Below are positions 17,745 to 28,800 of a stretch of DNA of 64,000 nucleotides, in pieces. This DNA comes from an uncultured virus (IMG/VR IMGVR_UViG_3300011725_000001). Its lineage: Duplodnaviria; Heunggongvirae; Uroviricota; Caudoviricetes. The stretch is from the IMG/VR virus record IMGVR_UViG_3300011725_000001, positions 1 to 64,000 of that record; one strand, 5' to 3'. The position numbers and the translations under genes are program-made. How positions within the stretch are numbered: position 1 is the stretch's first letter; each line of letters begins with the position of its first letter. The notes beneath the pieces were generated by a model, which was not told the origin of the DNA, did no database searches, and saw nothing but the letters and a program-made list of their open reading frames with translations.

Positions 17745-18179
17745 TCAATTCACTGGCTGCGCGGCAGTTTCAGAATTACCCGCTGTGTCTGCCATATACG
17801 CTGCTGTGATTTCCGGCCTGCCTGTTTCCAGCATGATTTTACGCATTCCTGCCGCCAGATTGCCCTCACCCGCCAGCAGCAGAAAATCACGCGCCGCGCT
17901 TGGCATGTAAATAGACGCCGTAACCGGGTTGTGCATCTGCTGCGTATTCCCGGCTTTGCGCCAGCGAGGCAGTGCGCGAATCCCGTCATCATCTAATGTC
18001 GGGCTGACTTCCATAATAATTTCTGAGCCGTACATGATGATGATCTGCTGCGCCAGTGAGCGGGGTTCGGCTTCACTCAGAAGGTAATCAAGATGCTGCT
18101 GGGCGTCGCGCCGGCTGCCGGTCGAAAGCATGTGCGATCTGGAGCCATTTGCGTATTGAAAGTAGAGCTTATAAGCCAT
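17745..18179 (-). CDS. Hypothetical protein, possible C-terminal ribbon-helix-helix
   Basis: VTASIYMPSAARDFLLLAGEGNLAAGMRKIM beta-alpha-alpha pattern. Confidence 0.6.
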   Translation of the reverse strand: MAYKLYFQYANGSRSHMLSTGSRRDAQQHLDYLLSEAEPRSLAQQIIIMYGSEIIMEVSPTLDDDGIRALPRWRKAGNTQQMHNPVTASIYMPSAARDFLLLAGEGNLAAGMRKIMLETGRPEITAAYMADTAGNSETAAQPVN

Positions 18180-18273
18180 GAGGTATACCAGTGGTCAAAT
18201 TCATCGCGTAAATGTACATGCATTTCTAAAATAAATCCTCATAATTACAATTTTTTCTTGCCTATCGCACAAC

Positions 18274-18296
18274 GCAAATTACAAACCGCCTAAATT
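18274..18296 (+). promoter_or_regulatory. Putative late promoter (capsid operon)
   Basis: GCAAATTACAAAC-N4-TAAATT. Confidence 0.78.
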
Positions 18297-18347
18297 TGCC
18301 CCGTCAAAAGTTCCCTCGCAGCCGCGCCCTGAAAAAAGGGTCTACTT

Positions 18348-20087
18348 GTGAGTAAAGATATTTCCCCGGCTCGCCAGCGCGAGCAGGACGTTATGCAGCG
18401 TGCATCGCGCGTTATGGCTTTCACCGTTGACGCACAGCGCAACGCAGATGGCTCAATGATTTCTGACCGCCAGTCTATGTCCGTCAGTATTGGCGCGGCG
18501 GCTGGCCGTGATCCGATGTTTGAAGGCGTTAACCCGGAGTTTTGCCGTCTGGTAGGCACCGCGTGGGCGTCAAGCATGATCGAGTACAAAGAGCGTAACG
18601 GTCATTACCCACCAGCTGACCAGCTGGCGAACGCCAGCCGCGCGCTTGAAAACCTGATGATCGAATCAGCGGCTGAAAAGCATGAAGGCAACGGCAAAGC
18701 GATGTTTGAGTCCGTGGCTGCTGATATGCGCACCTCTGACGGCGTAATGCGTCAGGCGCAGTTTGCCGCGCTGATCCTGCCAGCGGTGCTGGGCGCTGCC
18801 ACCAGCGACGCATGTACCTTTGTTCCGTGCGAGCGCGACGAAGCGAAGATTTACGAGCTGATGAACGTGGCCGGTACCAGCTTTGGCACCTTCCAGAAGG
18901 GTGATGAAATGCATATGCAGTCTGCGGCGGTTTACTCGCAGATGAAACGCCTGTACCTGTTCCCTACCGCTATGCAGCCGGACGGCACCAAGAAAACCTT
19001 CACCTTCAGCATTAAGGCGATTGAGAACGCGGATATGCCGATCCGTGCTGGCCGCACCAAGCTGCTGATCAATCGTCGTCCGAGTAAAGTCGATGATACT
19101 GACGGCAACCTGTTTTTCTCCGACAAAGACGTCAAAGGCAACCAGTTCCAGGCTACCTGTAAAGTCGATTACGACAAAGGCACCATTGCTGTGACCTTTA
19201 CCGATGCGCCGGCTAAAGGTACTGAGCTGGCCGCACAGGTCGAGATCAACGTTGAAAAAGCGCCAGGCCTGATCCCGGTTATCAACCAGTCAATGCGTGA
19301 GTTCACCATCAAGCCGTCGCAGTTCGTTATTGCGTCTGAGCATACCGTGATGTCTGCGTCCGATCTGAGCCGTGAATTTGGCATCAACCTGTCGTCCACG
19401 CAGTTTACTGCAATGCGTAACTGGCTGAGCCATGAGCAGGACATGATGCGTCTGCGCACTATGGCATTCCACACCGTATACGGTCGTGAGTTTGACGTAG
19501 CGCTGCCGGAAGGCCAGACCTACGAATCATGGGTAACGCTGCTGAAGCACGCTGTTACGCAGCTGAGCACGGACATGGTGAACCGTACCCGTAAGGCGGG
19601 CATCCGTGGCGGCTTTGCGGGTGGCGAGGCTGCGAACTTCCTGAAAAGCCTTCCGGCCAACGTGTTCCAGGCCGATCCTAACTTCGTCCAGTCGCCGTAC
19701 ATTCAGCGCATCGGCACCCTGTTTGGCATCTACCCGATCTACGAAGTGCCGACCGCTATCTGCGATCAGTTTGTGGCCAACGGCGTCGCGCTGAGCAAAG
19801 AGGACATTCTGTTTTACGGCCGCGGCGATTCCATCGGTGACGCTGGCCTGATCGCCGGTGACGCCGTTCCGGCAATCCCGTATGTCCACGAAACCAACCC
19901 GTCTCTGGTCAACCGCACCACGCTTTGGGGTTCGTCCCTCAACGAGCTGCACCCGCGCAATGGTGAAAACTACTTCGCCAAGCTGACGCTGACCAATGCG
20001 AAAGAAGGCGCGTACGACATGCTGACCGGCAAGAAAATTCAGAGCGAAACCGCACCTGAAGCTGCCACTACCAGTACTGCCAGCTAA
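18348..20087 (+). CDS. Major capsid protein gp23
   Basis: 579 aa, P1 gp23-like, followed by a terminator and the sheath gene. Confidence 0.88.
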   Translation: MSKDISPARQREQDVMQRASRVMAFTVDAQRNADGSMISDRQSMSVSIGAAAGRDPMFEGVNPEFCRLVGTAWASSMIEYKERNGHYPPADQLANASRALENLMIESAAEKHEGNGKAMFESVAADMRTSDGVMRQAQFAALILPAVLGAATSDACTFVPCERDEAKIYELMNVAGTSFGTFQKGDEMHMQSAAVYSQMKRLYLFPTAMQPDGTKKTFTFSIKAIENADMPIRAGRTKLLINRRPSKVDDTDGNLFFSDKDVKGNQFQATCKVDYDKGTIAVTFTDAPAKGTELAAQVEINVEKAPGLIPVINQSMREFTIKPSQFVIASEHTVMSASDLSREFGINLSSTQFTAMRNWLSHEQDMMRLRTMAFHTVYGREFDVALPEGQTYESWVTLLKHAVTQLSTDMVNRTRKAGIRGGFAGGEAANFLKSLPANVFQADPNFVQSPYIQRIGTLFGIYPIYEVPTAICDQFVANGVALSKEDILFYGRGDSIGDAGLIAGDAVPAIPYVHETNPSLVNRTTLWGSSLNELHPRNGENYFAKLTLTNAKEGAYDMLTGKKIQSETAPEAATTSTAS

Positions 20088-20097
20088 TCCCCTTTAA

Positions 20098-20120
20098 CGC
20101 CCCCGTTAAGGGGGCATTTC
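20098..20120 (+). terminator. Terminator after the capsid gene
   Basis: gccccc-gttaa-gggggc then attt. Confidence 0.6.
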
Positions 20121-20133
20121 ATGGAAATATCAC

Positions 20134-21711
20134 ATGAATAAGATCCCTTTTGCAGTAGGCCAGGCGGCTGGCGTCGGCATAAGCGAAGTCAATGCTGACG
20201 CAACGACGTCGGTCACATCCGGCGGCGCGTCCGTCTTTGCAGGCCTGGTCATTTCCCGCCGCGGTAAAATCGGCTCCGTACTGCGCGTTACGGCTGACAA
20301 CTTTCAGGCGGTGCTGGGCGCGCCTATTCACCCGCGCAGTGGCGCGGCCTTTGAACCTCTGCGCCATGTTGCAACGGCGGTAAACGGCGGCGACGGTTAT
20401 GTGGTACGCGTGCCGGCGCCGGGAATGAAGATCCCTGCTCTGACCCTGACTGCTGATACCACCATGCAGGAGCTGAGCGTGGTGGCCACCAACTTCGCGC
20501 CGGGAATCGATCCGGTTCTGGCGGCTGGCGCTGCGGCCATGATTTACATCGAGGACGGCGACGCCTCTGCAGACCGCACGCTGAGCATGGAGGCGGATAA
20601 AACCGCTCCGGGCTTCTACATCCTGACGCTGAAGCAGGTTGACGCGGCCGGCGGTGAAACGGAGCTGGAGTCACACCAGATCTCCTTTAATCCCGACGCC
20701 TCAAGCGATATGGGATCTCCGGCGTTCCTGCCGACCGCGCTGGAAAACGGCTCTACCCGTCTGCGCGCCGTGGTAGCTGATGACGTTGAAACGCAGATGC
20801 TGCAGATCACCGAAGGCTTCGAGGATATGCAGTTCAGCGGCGGTACCGACGGCGATCTGTCTGCGATTGAAACGGCGGATTACTCCAAAGCGCTGACCGT
20901 GCTGCGCAAGTCCATGTTCACCTGGACCGCCGTGCTGTCGCTGGGCTGCTATGACCCGACCATCCTCGCCGCGCTGGTGAAGCTGGCTGAAGATACCCGT
21001 ACCGATATGTTTTATGACATTCACGGGGCGCAGCTGTCAGCCGCCGCTATTGCCGAAGCGCAGAGCCATAGTTTCGGCGGTTCGCATCAGGCGGCGCGTT
21101 ACTACTGGCCGTACACCGCGCGCGACGCGTTTACCGGGACCAACGTCAGCTGGGGGATCTCCTGCGATGCGTTTGTGGCGAAAGCGAAAGGTGTTGCGCT
21201 GGTCTCCGACGTCGGCGGCTGGCACTACGCGCCGGCAGGCGTGTCGCGCGCCATTATCGGACGCCAGAACATCAAGCCGATCCCGAGCCTGGATGAAATC
21301 GACCGCGAAGCCTTTGTAAATGCGCGTATTAACCCGGTCAGCCTGGACAAGAACGGGAATATGTACATTGACGATTCCCTGACCACCTTCGCCAAAAACA
21401 ACTACCTGCGCCTGCAGCACATCAGTTCGCTGATGAACGCGATTGCACGCAGTTTTTACGACGTGGCGGAAGCGCTCAAGCATGAGCCGGACGGTATCAC
21501 CTTTAAAGGCCTCACGGATGGCCTGAAAGACGTTCTGGAGCGCTTCGTTGCCGCTGAGGCGCTGGTTAAGCCGCGTGACGCCACGCAGGGTACCGAGCCG
21601 TTTGTCATCGCCGTTGTGCAGAAAGATATCGACCTGTGGGAAGCCACCTGGTCTGTCTGCCCTACCGGTTCTTCACGCCGCATCGTCGGTAAGCCAACCC
21701 TGCTCCGCTAA
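20134..21711 (+). CDS. Tail sheath protein gp22
   Basis: FSGGTDG, WHYAPAG and ARINPV sheath motifs. Confidence 0.92.
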   Translation: MNKIPFAVGQAAGVGISEVNADATTSVTSGGASVFAGLVISRRGKIGSVLRVTADNFQAVLGAPIHPRSGAAFEPLRHVATAVNGGDGYVVRVPAPGMKIPALTLTADTTMQELSVVATNFAPGIDPVLAAGAAAMIYIEDGDASADRTLSMEADKTAPGFYILTLKQVDAAGGETELESHQISFNPDASSDMGSPAFLPTALENGSTRLRAVVADDVETQMLQITEGFEDMQFSGGTDGDLSAIETADYSKALTVLRKSMFTWTAVLSLGCYDPTILAALVKLAEDTRTDMFYDIHGAQLSAAAIAEAQSHSFGGSHQAARYYWPYTARDAFTGTNVSWGISCDAFVAKAKGVALVSDVGGWHYAPAGVSRAIIGRQNIKPIPSLDEIDREAFVNARINPVSLDKNGNMYIDDSLTTFAKNNYLRLQHISSLMNAIARSFYDVAEALKHEPDGITFKGLTDGLKDVLERFVAAEALVKPRDATQGTEPFVIAVVQKDIDLWEATWSVCPTGSSRRIVGKPTLLR

Positions 21712-21722
21712 CAGAGGAAATT

Positions 21723-22427
21723 ATGAACAACATTTTTAACCACAAGTCTCATGGCCTCCTGGGCGCGGCGTTTGCCGCGCCGGCAGCTGAGCCCGTAAAA
21801 CAGGACTTCATGGCGGAAGGCGTCAACGACGACAAAGCGGCAGAGTCGCGCGTCATGGCGATGTTTGAAGCCGTGGAGCGTCGCGCCGGTGAGGATGCCC
21901 GCTCTGTTGCAGCGTCCCTGCTGGCGGGCTGGATTGCCGACGGCGAAGCCGACGCTGAAAGTTTTGAAGCGCTGGCGCTGGTGCTGGCCGGTCTGGATGG
22001 CATTGCAGAGGACGACGATCTGACTGATGACCAGGTAGATCAGTTTAACGACGCGCTGGGCCAGCTGGCCAACGCTGCCGTTGCCCTGGGTGCCGATCAG
22101 GATGACGTCACCAGCATGATCGACGACGACGACGACAGCGCCGCTGAGAGCGTTTTCGAGGCGCTTTCCGGTCTGAGCGACGACGACGAAGCCATTGCTG
22201 ACTACACCATTGCCGGCGGCAAAGGTGGCGAAGCCATGCTTGAGTCAGCCACGTTCAAAGCCGTGCGCGATGGCGTGGTAACGCTTATCCGCAAGCGTCC
22301 GAAGAAGCGCCGCATGACGTCTCTGCAGAAGCAGGCGCTTAAAAAAGCCCGCATGAAGGCGCACAGCTCAGTGGCGAACGCGCACCGTAAGAAGTCGATG
22401 AAGCTGCGCAAAAAGCGCGGCCTGTAA
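21723..22427 (+). CDS. gp21-like protein, acidic body with K/R-rich tail (prohead-core-like)
   Basis: Synteny 23-22-21; C-terminus RKKSMKLRKKRGL. Confidence 0.7.
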   Translation: MNNIFNHKSHGLLGAAFAAPAAEPVKQDFMAEGVNDDKAAESRVMAMFEAVERRAGEDARSVAASLLAGWIADGEADAESFEALALVLAGLDGIAEDDDLTDDQVDQFNDALGQLANAAVALGADQDDVTSMIDDDDDSAAESVFEALSGLSDDDEAIADYTIAGGKGGEAMLESATFKAVRDGVVTLIRKRPKKRRMTSLQKQALKKARMKAHSSVANAHRKKSMKLRKKRGL

Positions 22428-22470
22428 GGGATAGCCGCCGGTTAACGCCGGCGGCAATGAGGATAGCGCG

Positions 22471-23061
22471 ATGATCTGCGGTGCAATCATGCCGGACGGG
22501 GTAAGCCCATTCCTGAAGCTCTACATCACGTCTCAGACGGCGATGGTCGTGGGCTATATCGGGGAAGGGTCGAGCGCCAGTCTCGAATCCATGTGGGAAT
22601 CCCCTTTTGCCAATGACTCGCTTGGCGGCGTGGCCGGTGCGGTCAGCACGGCAGCGGGCAAGCTGGCGAGCGGTACGCAGGCGGCAACCGGGAATACCTC
22701 AAAGTCTGAATTTAACTCCCTGCTTATCTGGGAAGGCCAGCAGCCGCCAGAGTTCAGCATCGTGGTAGACCTGATGGCCACCGTGAACGCGAAGGTCGAA
22801 GTTATGGACGCAATCATGGCGCTTCAGCAGATGGCTTCGCCTGAGCTGAACGCCGCCCTCCCCGGCGGTCGCCGTCCTCTCCCCGTCATTCTGGATATCG
22901 GGCGCCGCCTGAAGATCATGGACGTTGTGATCAAAAGCGTCAGCTACCAGCTGGACGCGCCCCGCACCGCTGAGGGGTATTACACGCACAACACCGTCAC
23001 GCTGCAGTGCTCCGGCCAGAGCGTCCAGAACCAGTCTGATATTCCATTTATGTTTATCTGA
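22471..23061 (+). CDS. pmgG: PmgG tube/baseplate protein
   Basis: DGVSPFLK, WESPF, IGRRLKI and LDAPR motifs; synteny. Confidence 0.75.
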   Translation: MICGAIMPDGVSPFLKLYITSQTAMVVGYIGEGSSASLESMWESPFANDSLGGVAGAVSTAAGKLASGTQAATGNTSKSEFNSLLIWEGQQPPEFSIVVDLMATVNAKVEVMDAIMALQQMASPELNAALPGGRRPLPVILDIGRRLKIMDVVIKSVSYQLDAPRTAEGYYTHNTVTLQCSGQSVQNQSDIPFMFI

Positions 23062-23071
23062 GGAACAATTT

Positions 23072-23563
23072 ATGTCCGGCTTTTCCAACACAAAACCCGA
23101 TGTGGCATTTCTGAAAAAGCGCTTTAACCAGAACCTTGCCGCCGGTGAAAAACTTATCGGCTCCGAGTACTGGATGACCGTTAAGGGCTACCCGAACCTG
23201 TCTATTCTGATCCGCACAACTCAGCTGCCTGAAATGGCGCGTGAGGATGTTGAGGACGTTGCGCCAGGCGGCATGAAGTTTAACCAGCACGGCGTACTGA
23301 AAAACTCTGGCGAGTTCCAGATGACCTGCGTTGAAACCATTAAGGGCGACGTCTTTGCAGCCGTCCGCAAGATGGTGCTCAACAAAGAGTATCTGGATCT
23401 CACCTTTGCCGCCGCCGCCGAGTCAAACAGCGGCGCTGACGCTGGCCTGACGCGCAATTACCTGCACTGCAAAATCTACTCAGATGCCGTGGACTTTGGC
23501 TCCGAGGACACGACTGCAGCCGTCAAGCTGCCGCTGCGCGTAGTGTATAACTGGGCTGAATAA
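23072..23563 (+). CDS. bplB: Tail tube protein BplB
   Basis: PEMAREDVED...KFNQHG...CKIYSDAVDF...VYNW match P1 BplB. Confidence 0.88.
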   Translation: MSGFSNTKPDVAFLKKRFNQNLAAGEKLIGSEYWMTVKGYPNLSILIRTTQLPEMAREDVEDVAPGGMKFNQHGVLKNSGEFQMTCVETIKGDVFAAVRKMVLNKEYLDLTFAAAAESNSGADAGLTRNYLHCKIYSDAVDFGSEDTTAAVKLPLRVVYNWAE

Positions 23564-23565
23564 TC

Positions 23566-24117
23566 ATGACGCCGGCCGAACTGCTTGAAGCCGTAAAAGC
23601 GCGCTTCACGACGCTGCTGGTGGACGAGGCGCCGCTGCTGCAAAGCCTTCTCCGCCAGGCACTGGGCGTCTATCAGGATCGGGCCGGCGTAACCGGTCGC
23701 ACACGCATTGAAAAAACGGGGGGCGCAAGCCTCCCGTTTCCGTCTGATTACCTCTCGCTGGTAAACGTGAACGACTTCAATGGCGCGCTGGTATACGCCG
23801 ATCCGTGGGAATCCACCATAGAGCTTGAGCTGACTGGCCGCGAAAAATGGCCGCTCACCCTGCTCTACTTTCGCAATATCCGCGACTGCGATTATGACGT
23901 GGCGACGCTGCCGCCGGACATTACCGGGCTGATTGAAGATTACCTTGAAGCGCTGATAGCGATTCCTAACGTGGAGCGCCTGCGCCGGCTGCACATCGCC
24001 GGAAAGTTTGATGCAACGTTTCTGCCGGATGAAGCCACGCTGCACCAGCGCAAAACCGATCTGGAAGCGCAGATCTCCGCTAACCGGGCAATTATCCCCG
24101 CAATGAGTTCCTGGTAA
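23566..24117 (+). CDS. pmgC: PmgC-like head-tail adaptor
   Basis: MTPAELLEAVKARFT...YQDRAG; synteny. Symbol from memory. Confidence 0.62.
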   Translation: MTPAELLEAVKARFTTLLVDEAPLLQSLLRQALGVYQDRAGVTGRTRIEKTGGASLPFPSDYLSLVNVNDFNGALVYADPWESTIELELTGREKWPLTLLYFRNIRDCDYDVATLPPDITGLIEDYLEALIAIPNVERLRRLHIAGKFDATFLPDEATLHQRKTDLEAQISANRAIIPAMSSW

Positions 24118-24126
24118 GGAGACTGC

Positions 24127-24846
24127 ATGAGCTTTTTTGACGGGCTGGCCGGGAACATCAAAGGCCTGGCTTCCAGTACGGCCAGACAGGCTGGCAGTAG
24201 CCTGATATCCAACATTCTGGCGCGTGCCTCCTCAAACATGAGCGGCGGTGGCGCGTCTTATGCAGGCCTGCCGCCTGAGCTCTCCAGTGCTAAAGCCATT
24301 CTGGAAATGGCAATGCGTATTCGCTACGCGCAAGGCTGGCAATGGAACATCGAAATAGACGGCTTCTCGCGCGTGGATATGTACGTGAAAGATATCACCT
24401 ACAGCGCTAACAACGTGGAGACCGAGAGCAAGCTGATTGGCGGCGTGGAGTTCGTGAAGCCAACCCACGTTACGGCGGGCTCTGTCACCATGACGCTCCG
24501 CGACAACGAAAGCGGCGAACTGCTGCAGAAATTCAAGGAGAAGCGGGCGCGCATATCCAACGGCGACGGCACCTTTAACCTCCCTCCTGCCTACCTGTTA
24601 AACATCCGGATTTACCGGGTGACGCAGGATGGTCAGGCCTCACTGGAAGAAGAAATGAAGGGTTTCATTACCACGATTGGCGAGATCTCCCGCGCGCGCG
24701 ATGCCGTGGGCGAGTTTGCCACCTTCCCTGTGACTTTTGTGAAGTACACCAGTGCCGGCGGCGCGCTGAACGGACTGGCAAAAGGATTAACCGGAGGAAT
24801 TACAAACCAGGTTCAATCATCCGTATCAAACCTCATTAAATTCTGA
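24127..24846 (+). CDS. tub: Tub, tube-like baseplate protein
   Basis: Tube-fold motifs; position before pmgB-sit. Confidence 0.72.
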   Translation: MSFFDGLAGNIKGLASSTARQAGSSLISNILARASSNMSGGGASYAGLPPELSSAKAILEMAMRIRYAQGWQWNIEIDGFSRVDMYVKDITYSANNVETESKLIGGVEFVKPTHVTAGSVTMTLRDNESGELLQKFKEKRARISNGDGTFNLPPAYLLNIRIYRVTQDGQASLEEEMKGFITTIGEISRARDAVGEFATFPVTFVKYTSAGGALNGLAKGLTGGITNQVQSSVSNLIKF

Positions 24847-24857
24847 AGGACACTGCC

Positions 24858-25676
24858 GTGAATATTCCCCCGCTTCCCCTGGCCTCGCGTCCGGGTACCG
24901 AAATCCAGTTTCGCCAGCCGGTCATGAAAGACGCTCTCAAATACAGCACGCCGGATGAAATCAGTGACGAACGCCGCGTGACTGAATACCTCAATCACCT
25001 GCAGGAAGGCCCGCTGAGCGACAGCCGCGACTGGACTGCGCAGGAACGGCGCACCGCGCTCTGGTGGATCATGATTAACAGCCGCGCAGATAACCTTGAG
25101 GCGTTTCACTACACCTGCGAACACTGCCGCGAAGTGCATACCTACGACTTTGACCTGTCAGACCTGGCGGAAACCGTCGAGCTGCTGACCATTGAGCCAT
25201 ACGAGCGCGTGAGCGTGCCGGTCAACGGCGTGGCAACCAACTGGACGCTAAAGCCGCTTACCGGGCGCGGTCAGGAGATGCTGGAGCGCCTGCGCGTGAG
25301 CCTGCCGGATGCAGACGCGCCGGAGTATGAGGCAGCGCTTGTACGCATGCGCATTGCTGAATTCGCGCTTTGCACCGCGCTGGATGATGATCCGGAGGAT
25401 TTTGAAGCTGCCGCAAACCGTCGCTTCGACATTATGGAAAACATGGTTCCCGATCTGGAGTTTGCACCACTGGTGGCGCATATCCAGCTGATGCAGAGAA
25501 ACCTGCGTCACGGTCTGCGCATGCAGATCACACAGGGTCAGGTGCGCCTGCTGCTTCCGCCAACACCATGCGAAAAGGAGGGCATGCAGATGAACACCAC
25601 TCAACTGTTTATCCCCTTTCGCTCTGGATTATTTATTCCGAAATTTTCAACTCAGTGGATGGCTAACCATCATTGA
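24858..25676 (+). CDS. pmgB: PmgB tail/hub assembly chaperone
   Basis: CEHC Zn knuckle, T4 gp26-like; immediately before the tape measure gene. Confidence 0.72.
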   Translation: MNIPPLPLASRPGTEIQFRQPVMKDALKYSTPDEISDERRVTEYLNHLQEGPLSDSRDWTAQERRTALWWIMINSRADNLEAFHYTCEHCREVHTYDFDLSDLAETVELLTIEPYERVSVPVNGVATNWTLKPLTGRGQEMLERLRVSLPDADAPEYEAALVRMRIAEFALCTALDDDPEDFEAAANRRFDIMENMVPDLEFAPLVAHIQLMQRNLRHGLRMQITQGQVRLLLPPTPCEKEGMQMNTTQLFIPFRSGLFIPKFSTQWMANHH

Positions 25677-25800
25677 CAACCTGACGCTGGTTGCGCGCCA
25701 GCCTGTCAGTGACGTGGATGCCCTGCCGCTATGGCGGGCAATCCAGATGAACAAAACGCTTATCGACCAACTGCAAAGGAGCCGGGGCGGATCGGAATGA
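25594..25800 (+). CDS. Start-less +1-frame ORF, putative frameshift extension of PmgB
   Basis: Open from 25594 to TGA 25798-25800, which overlaps the sit ATG. Reads ...SPFALDYLFRNFQLSGWLTIIDNLTLVARQPVSDVDALPLWRAIQMNKTLIDQLQRSRGGSE. Confidence 0.6.
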   Translation, partial: TPLNCLSPFALDYLFRNFQLSGWLTIIDNLTLVARQPVSDVDALPLWRAIQMNKTLIDQLQRSRGGSE

Positions 25801-28800
25801 AAAACGTAGAAGAATTTTCACAAATAATTTCAGCCATAGAGCATGCCAGCCGCGAGGAACTGAAAGAACTGGCGATAATCAGGCGCGCCCTGCTTAATAA
25901 TGCTGGAAAGATAATAGAAAAAAGCAGTAAAGATACGGGCGGGTTAACAGTAAGGCGATCCCTTTCACAGCGGACTTCAGACAGGGAAAATGAGAAAAAA
26001 CTGCCAAAAAATGACGCAGGAAACGATAAAAAAGAGAGAAGAAAATCCACGAATAATACAAATGAGAAAATTAATCACAAAAATGAAAATTCAGGTGATA
26101 AAAAAGTCAGATCATCCGTCAAAAATTTGCGCGTTAATGTGTCTTATAACGACAATGCAGTAACGCTTTCAGAATTTAGACGTAATGAAAGACAAAAAAA
26201 TGAAAAAAATAAGCAACAATCAGGGCATAAAAATAGAATTACGCGCATAAATAGCGGCACAAATTTAGCAGGAAGCAGTGCGCCTGCAGCCCGTGATTCC
26301 GCGGCTAAAAATTCTGATCCGCAGGCTGGGGGGCAGTCCAACCGGGACGCTAACGGACGCTTCAGATCGCGCACTGAGTCAGGTGATGCATCGGCTGCGC
26401 AGCAGGAGAAAAATGCCCGTCGCGCCGAGCATAAGCAGCAGCAGGGCTTTTACCGATCGCTAACCAGCATGATGAAATCTGCTACTGAAACAAACAGCGA
26501 TGCCATGTCATCAGGGACAGACATTGCCGGTACCGCCGCAGGGGGGCCGCTCTGGATGATGGGTAAAGGCATGTACGACATTTCCGCCGAAGTCGGTAAA
26601 AACGTCGTCTCGCTGAAAAACTTCATGCAGGGAAAAACCGAAGGCAACGCCGCGCTGAAAATAGAACCGCCGGTGACGCACCCGCCAGTTACCGCAGCAG
26701 CGAAGCAGCCGCCGGCCGTCGGCAAGCCAAAATCAGCTGATGGCTATAAGAGCGCGCAGCAGGCAAAGGCCGTACAGGTCACGCAGGAGCAGACCAAAAT
26801 ACTCGCCGCCAATGACGATCGCATCATCAGCGGCCTGGACGACGTGCGCGACGAAATCAAAAAGCTCGCGCATGCGTCGGGTGGCAAAGAGGGCGGACTG
26901 CTGGACTCGCTCATACCCGGCAGGCGTAAACGACGCTCCCGCGGGCGCAAGCGTGGTGCGGTTACTGCCGCTGCAGGGGCGCTTGAAACCGCAGGCGATC
27001 TGCTGCCGGACGGCAAGAAAAAGCCTCATGGGGAAAAAAACCGGCCTGAGCCGAAAAAGAAAAGCCTGCTGACAAAGGCAATGGAAGCCCTGAAAGGCGG
27101 CAAAAAAGCGGCAACTGTTGCCGGCGCTGGCGCTGCAGCAGCAACAGCGGCCACCGGCGCAACAGTGCTCACCAGTACGAAAGCAGCAGGCGAGGCCGCC
27201 GCAAAGGAAGGGACTAAAGCCGCGGCAAACACTGCCGGGAAGGTCGTGGCCAAAGAGGGCATTGCTGTATCTGAGAAAGCCGCTGCCGCCGCCGCTGAGC
27301 AAACCGCTGAGAAAGGTGGCCTCAAAGTGGCCGGGAAGGTTGCCGGAAAAACCGCGCTGAAAGCGATCCCGCTGGTGGGTACCGCAATAGGTGCGGGAAT
27401 GGACGCCTACGAAGGCTTTCACGATACCGACGGCCAGAAAAAGGCGTTTGGCCTGAAAGAGAATCAGGCTGTCAGCGGCAGACAGAAAGGCGAATACACC
27501 GCTGCCAACGTGCTGAATATGGGCGGGCTGCTGTCGGGCGGCGCCGGGCTGCTGGCGAAGGGCGCAAGCGCGCTGGGTATGGATGGCGCAGCTAAGGCGC
27601 TGACGTTTAACACGGGGGATATGGCTAAGGGGCTGGATTCGGGGCTGAGCAAGGTAGGTGACGTGTTCACCTCGTTTTCTACCAGCGCCGTCAGCGCCTA
27701 TGACAAGCTCACCGGCACCAGCGCTGAGCAGACGAAAGCGATCACGGACGGAACTGAAAAAACCGTTACGGCGATCAACCGGCTGGGCTCACAGCTGCAG
27801 GGCGGTACATGGGGTGAGGATGGCGTAGGTGCGCAGGGTAAAAGCACGGCTGACTATGCCGATGTGGCGAAAAACAGCATCGGCGCGGATCTCAACATCG
27901 GCGGCGCCAACGCGAAAACCCGATCCTTCCGCAACAACAATTTTGGCAACCTGAATTTTGTCGGGCAGGAGGGCGCAAGCCTGGAAGCGAAGAACGCCAA
28001 AGGCGAGGCGCGCTTTGCGAAATTCAACACGCCGGAGGAAGGTTTCAGGGCGCTGGCCAACCAGCTTACCAGCTATTCCGAAGGCACCTCTAAAGCTGCC
28101 GGTTACAAGAAGCTCAATACCGTTGAGGACATTATCAAGCTGTATGCCCCGCAGAGTGAAAATGACACGTCGAATTACGTCGATTCACTCTCTAAAAAGC
28201 TGGGTGTGAAAAGCAATCAGCAGCTTGACCTCAAAGATCCCAAAGTCATGACGCAGATGATGCGGGGTATCGCCACCATCGAGGGCGGCAACCCGCAGGT
28301 GACGAATGACTTCATGATGAATGCCATTGGCCACAATGAAAACGGCAAGTGGGTAGGGGGCAAATTCAGCGATGAATCCCTGAAATCGGTAAACGAAGCG
28401 CGGACAAAGCAGGGGCTGGCACCCGTTGCCGCCGATTCGCTTTATTCAGCCGGCGACAAGGTAAAAGTAACGCCTGGTGCAGTGGCACCCGCTGCCGCAC
28501 CCGTCCAGGCGGCATCTGCCGTCGTGGTAAATGCGCCCGCTGCGCCAACCGGATCACAGGTTGCAGCAGCAGCCGCGAAATCTGACAAAGACAAACCCTC
28601 CACGGGCTTAACCGACAAAATCAAACAGGGTGCGTCGTCCGCCTGGGGCGGCGTGAAAGGCCTTAACCAGTGGGCTGACGGAAAGTTACAGGGCGCTGCT
28701 GAATCACTGGGCGTGGAAGGTCTGGCCCGCAACCGGCCAACCAGCGGCCTCTCACTGCCGGCGGGTGACTCGCTTCCGGCTGGCCTGCAGATGGCGGCGC

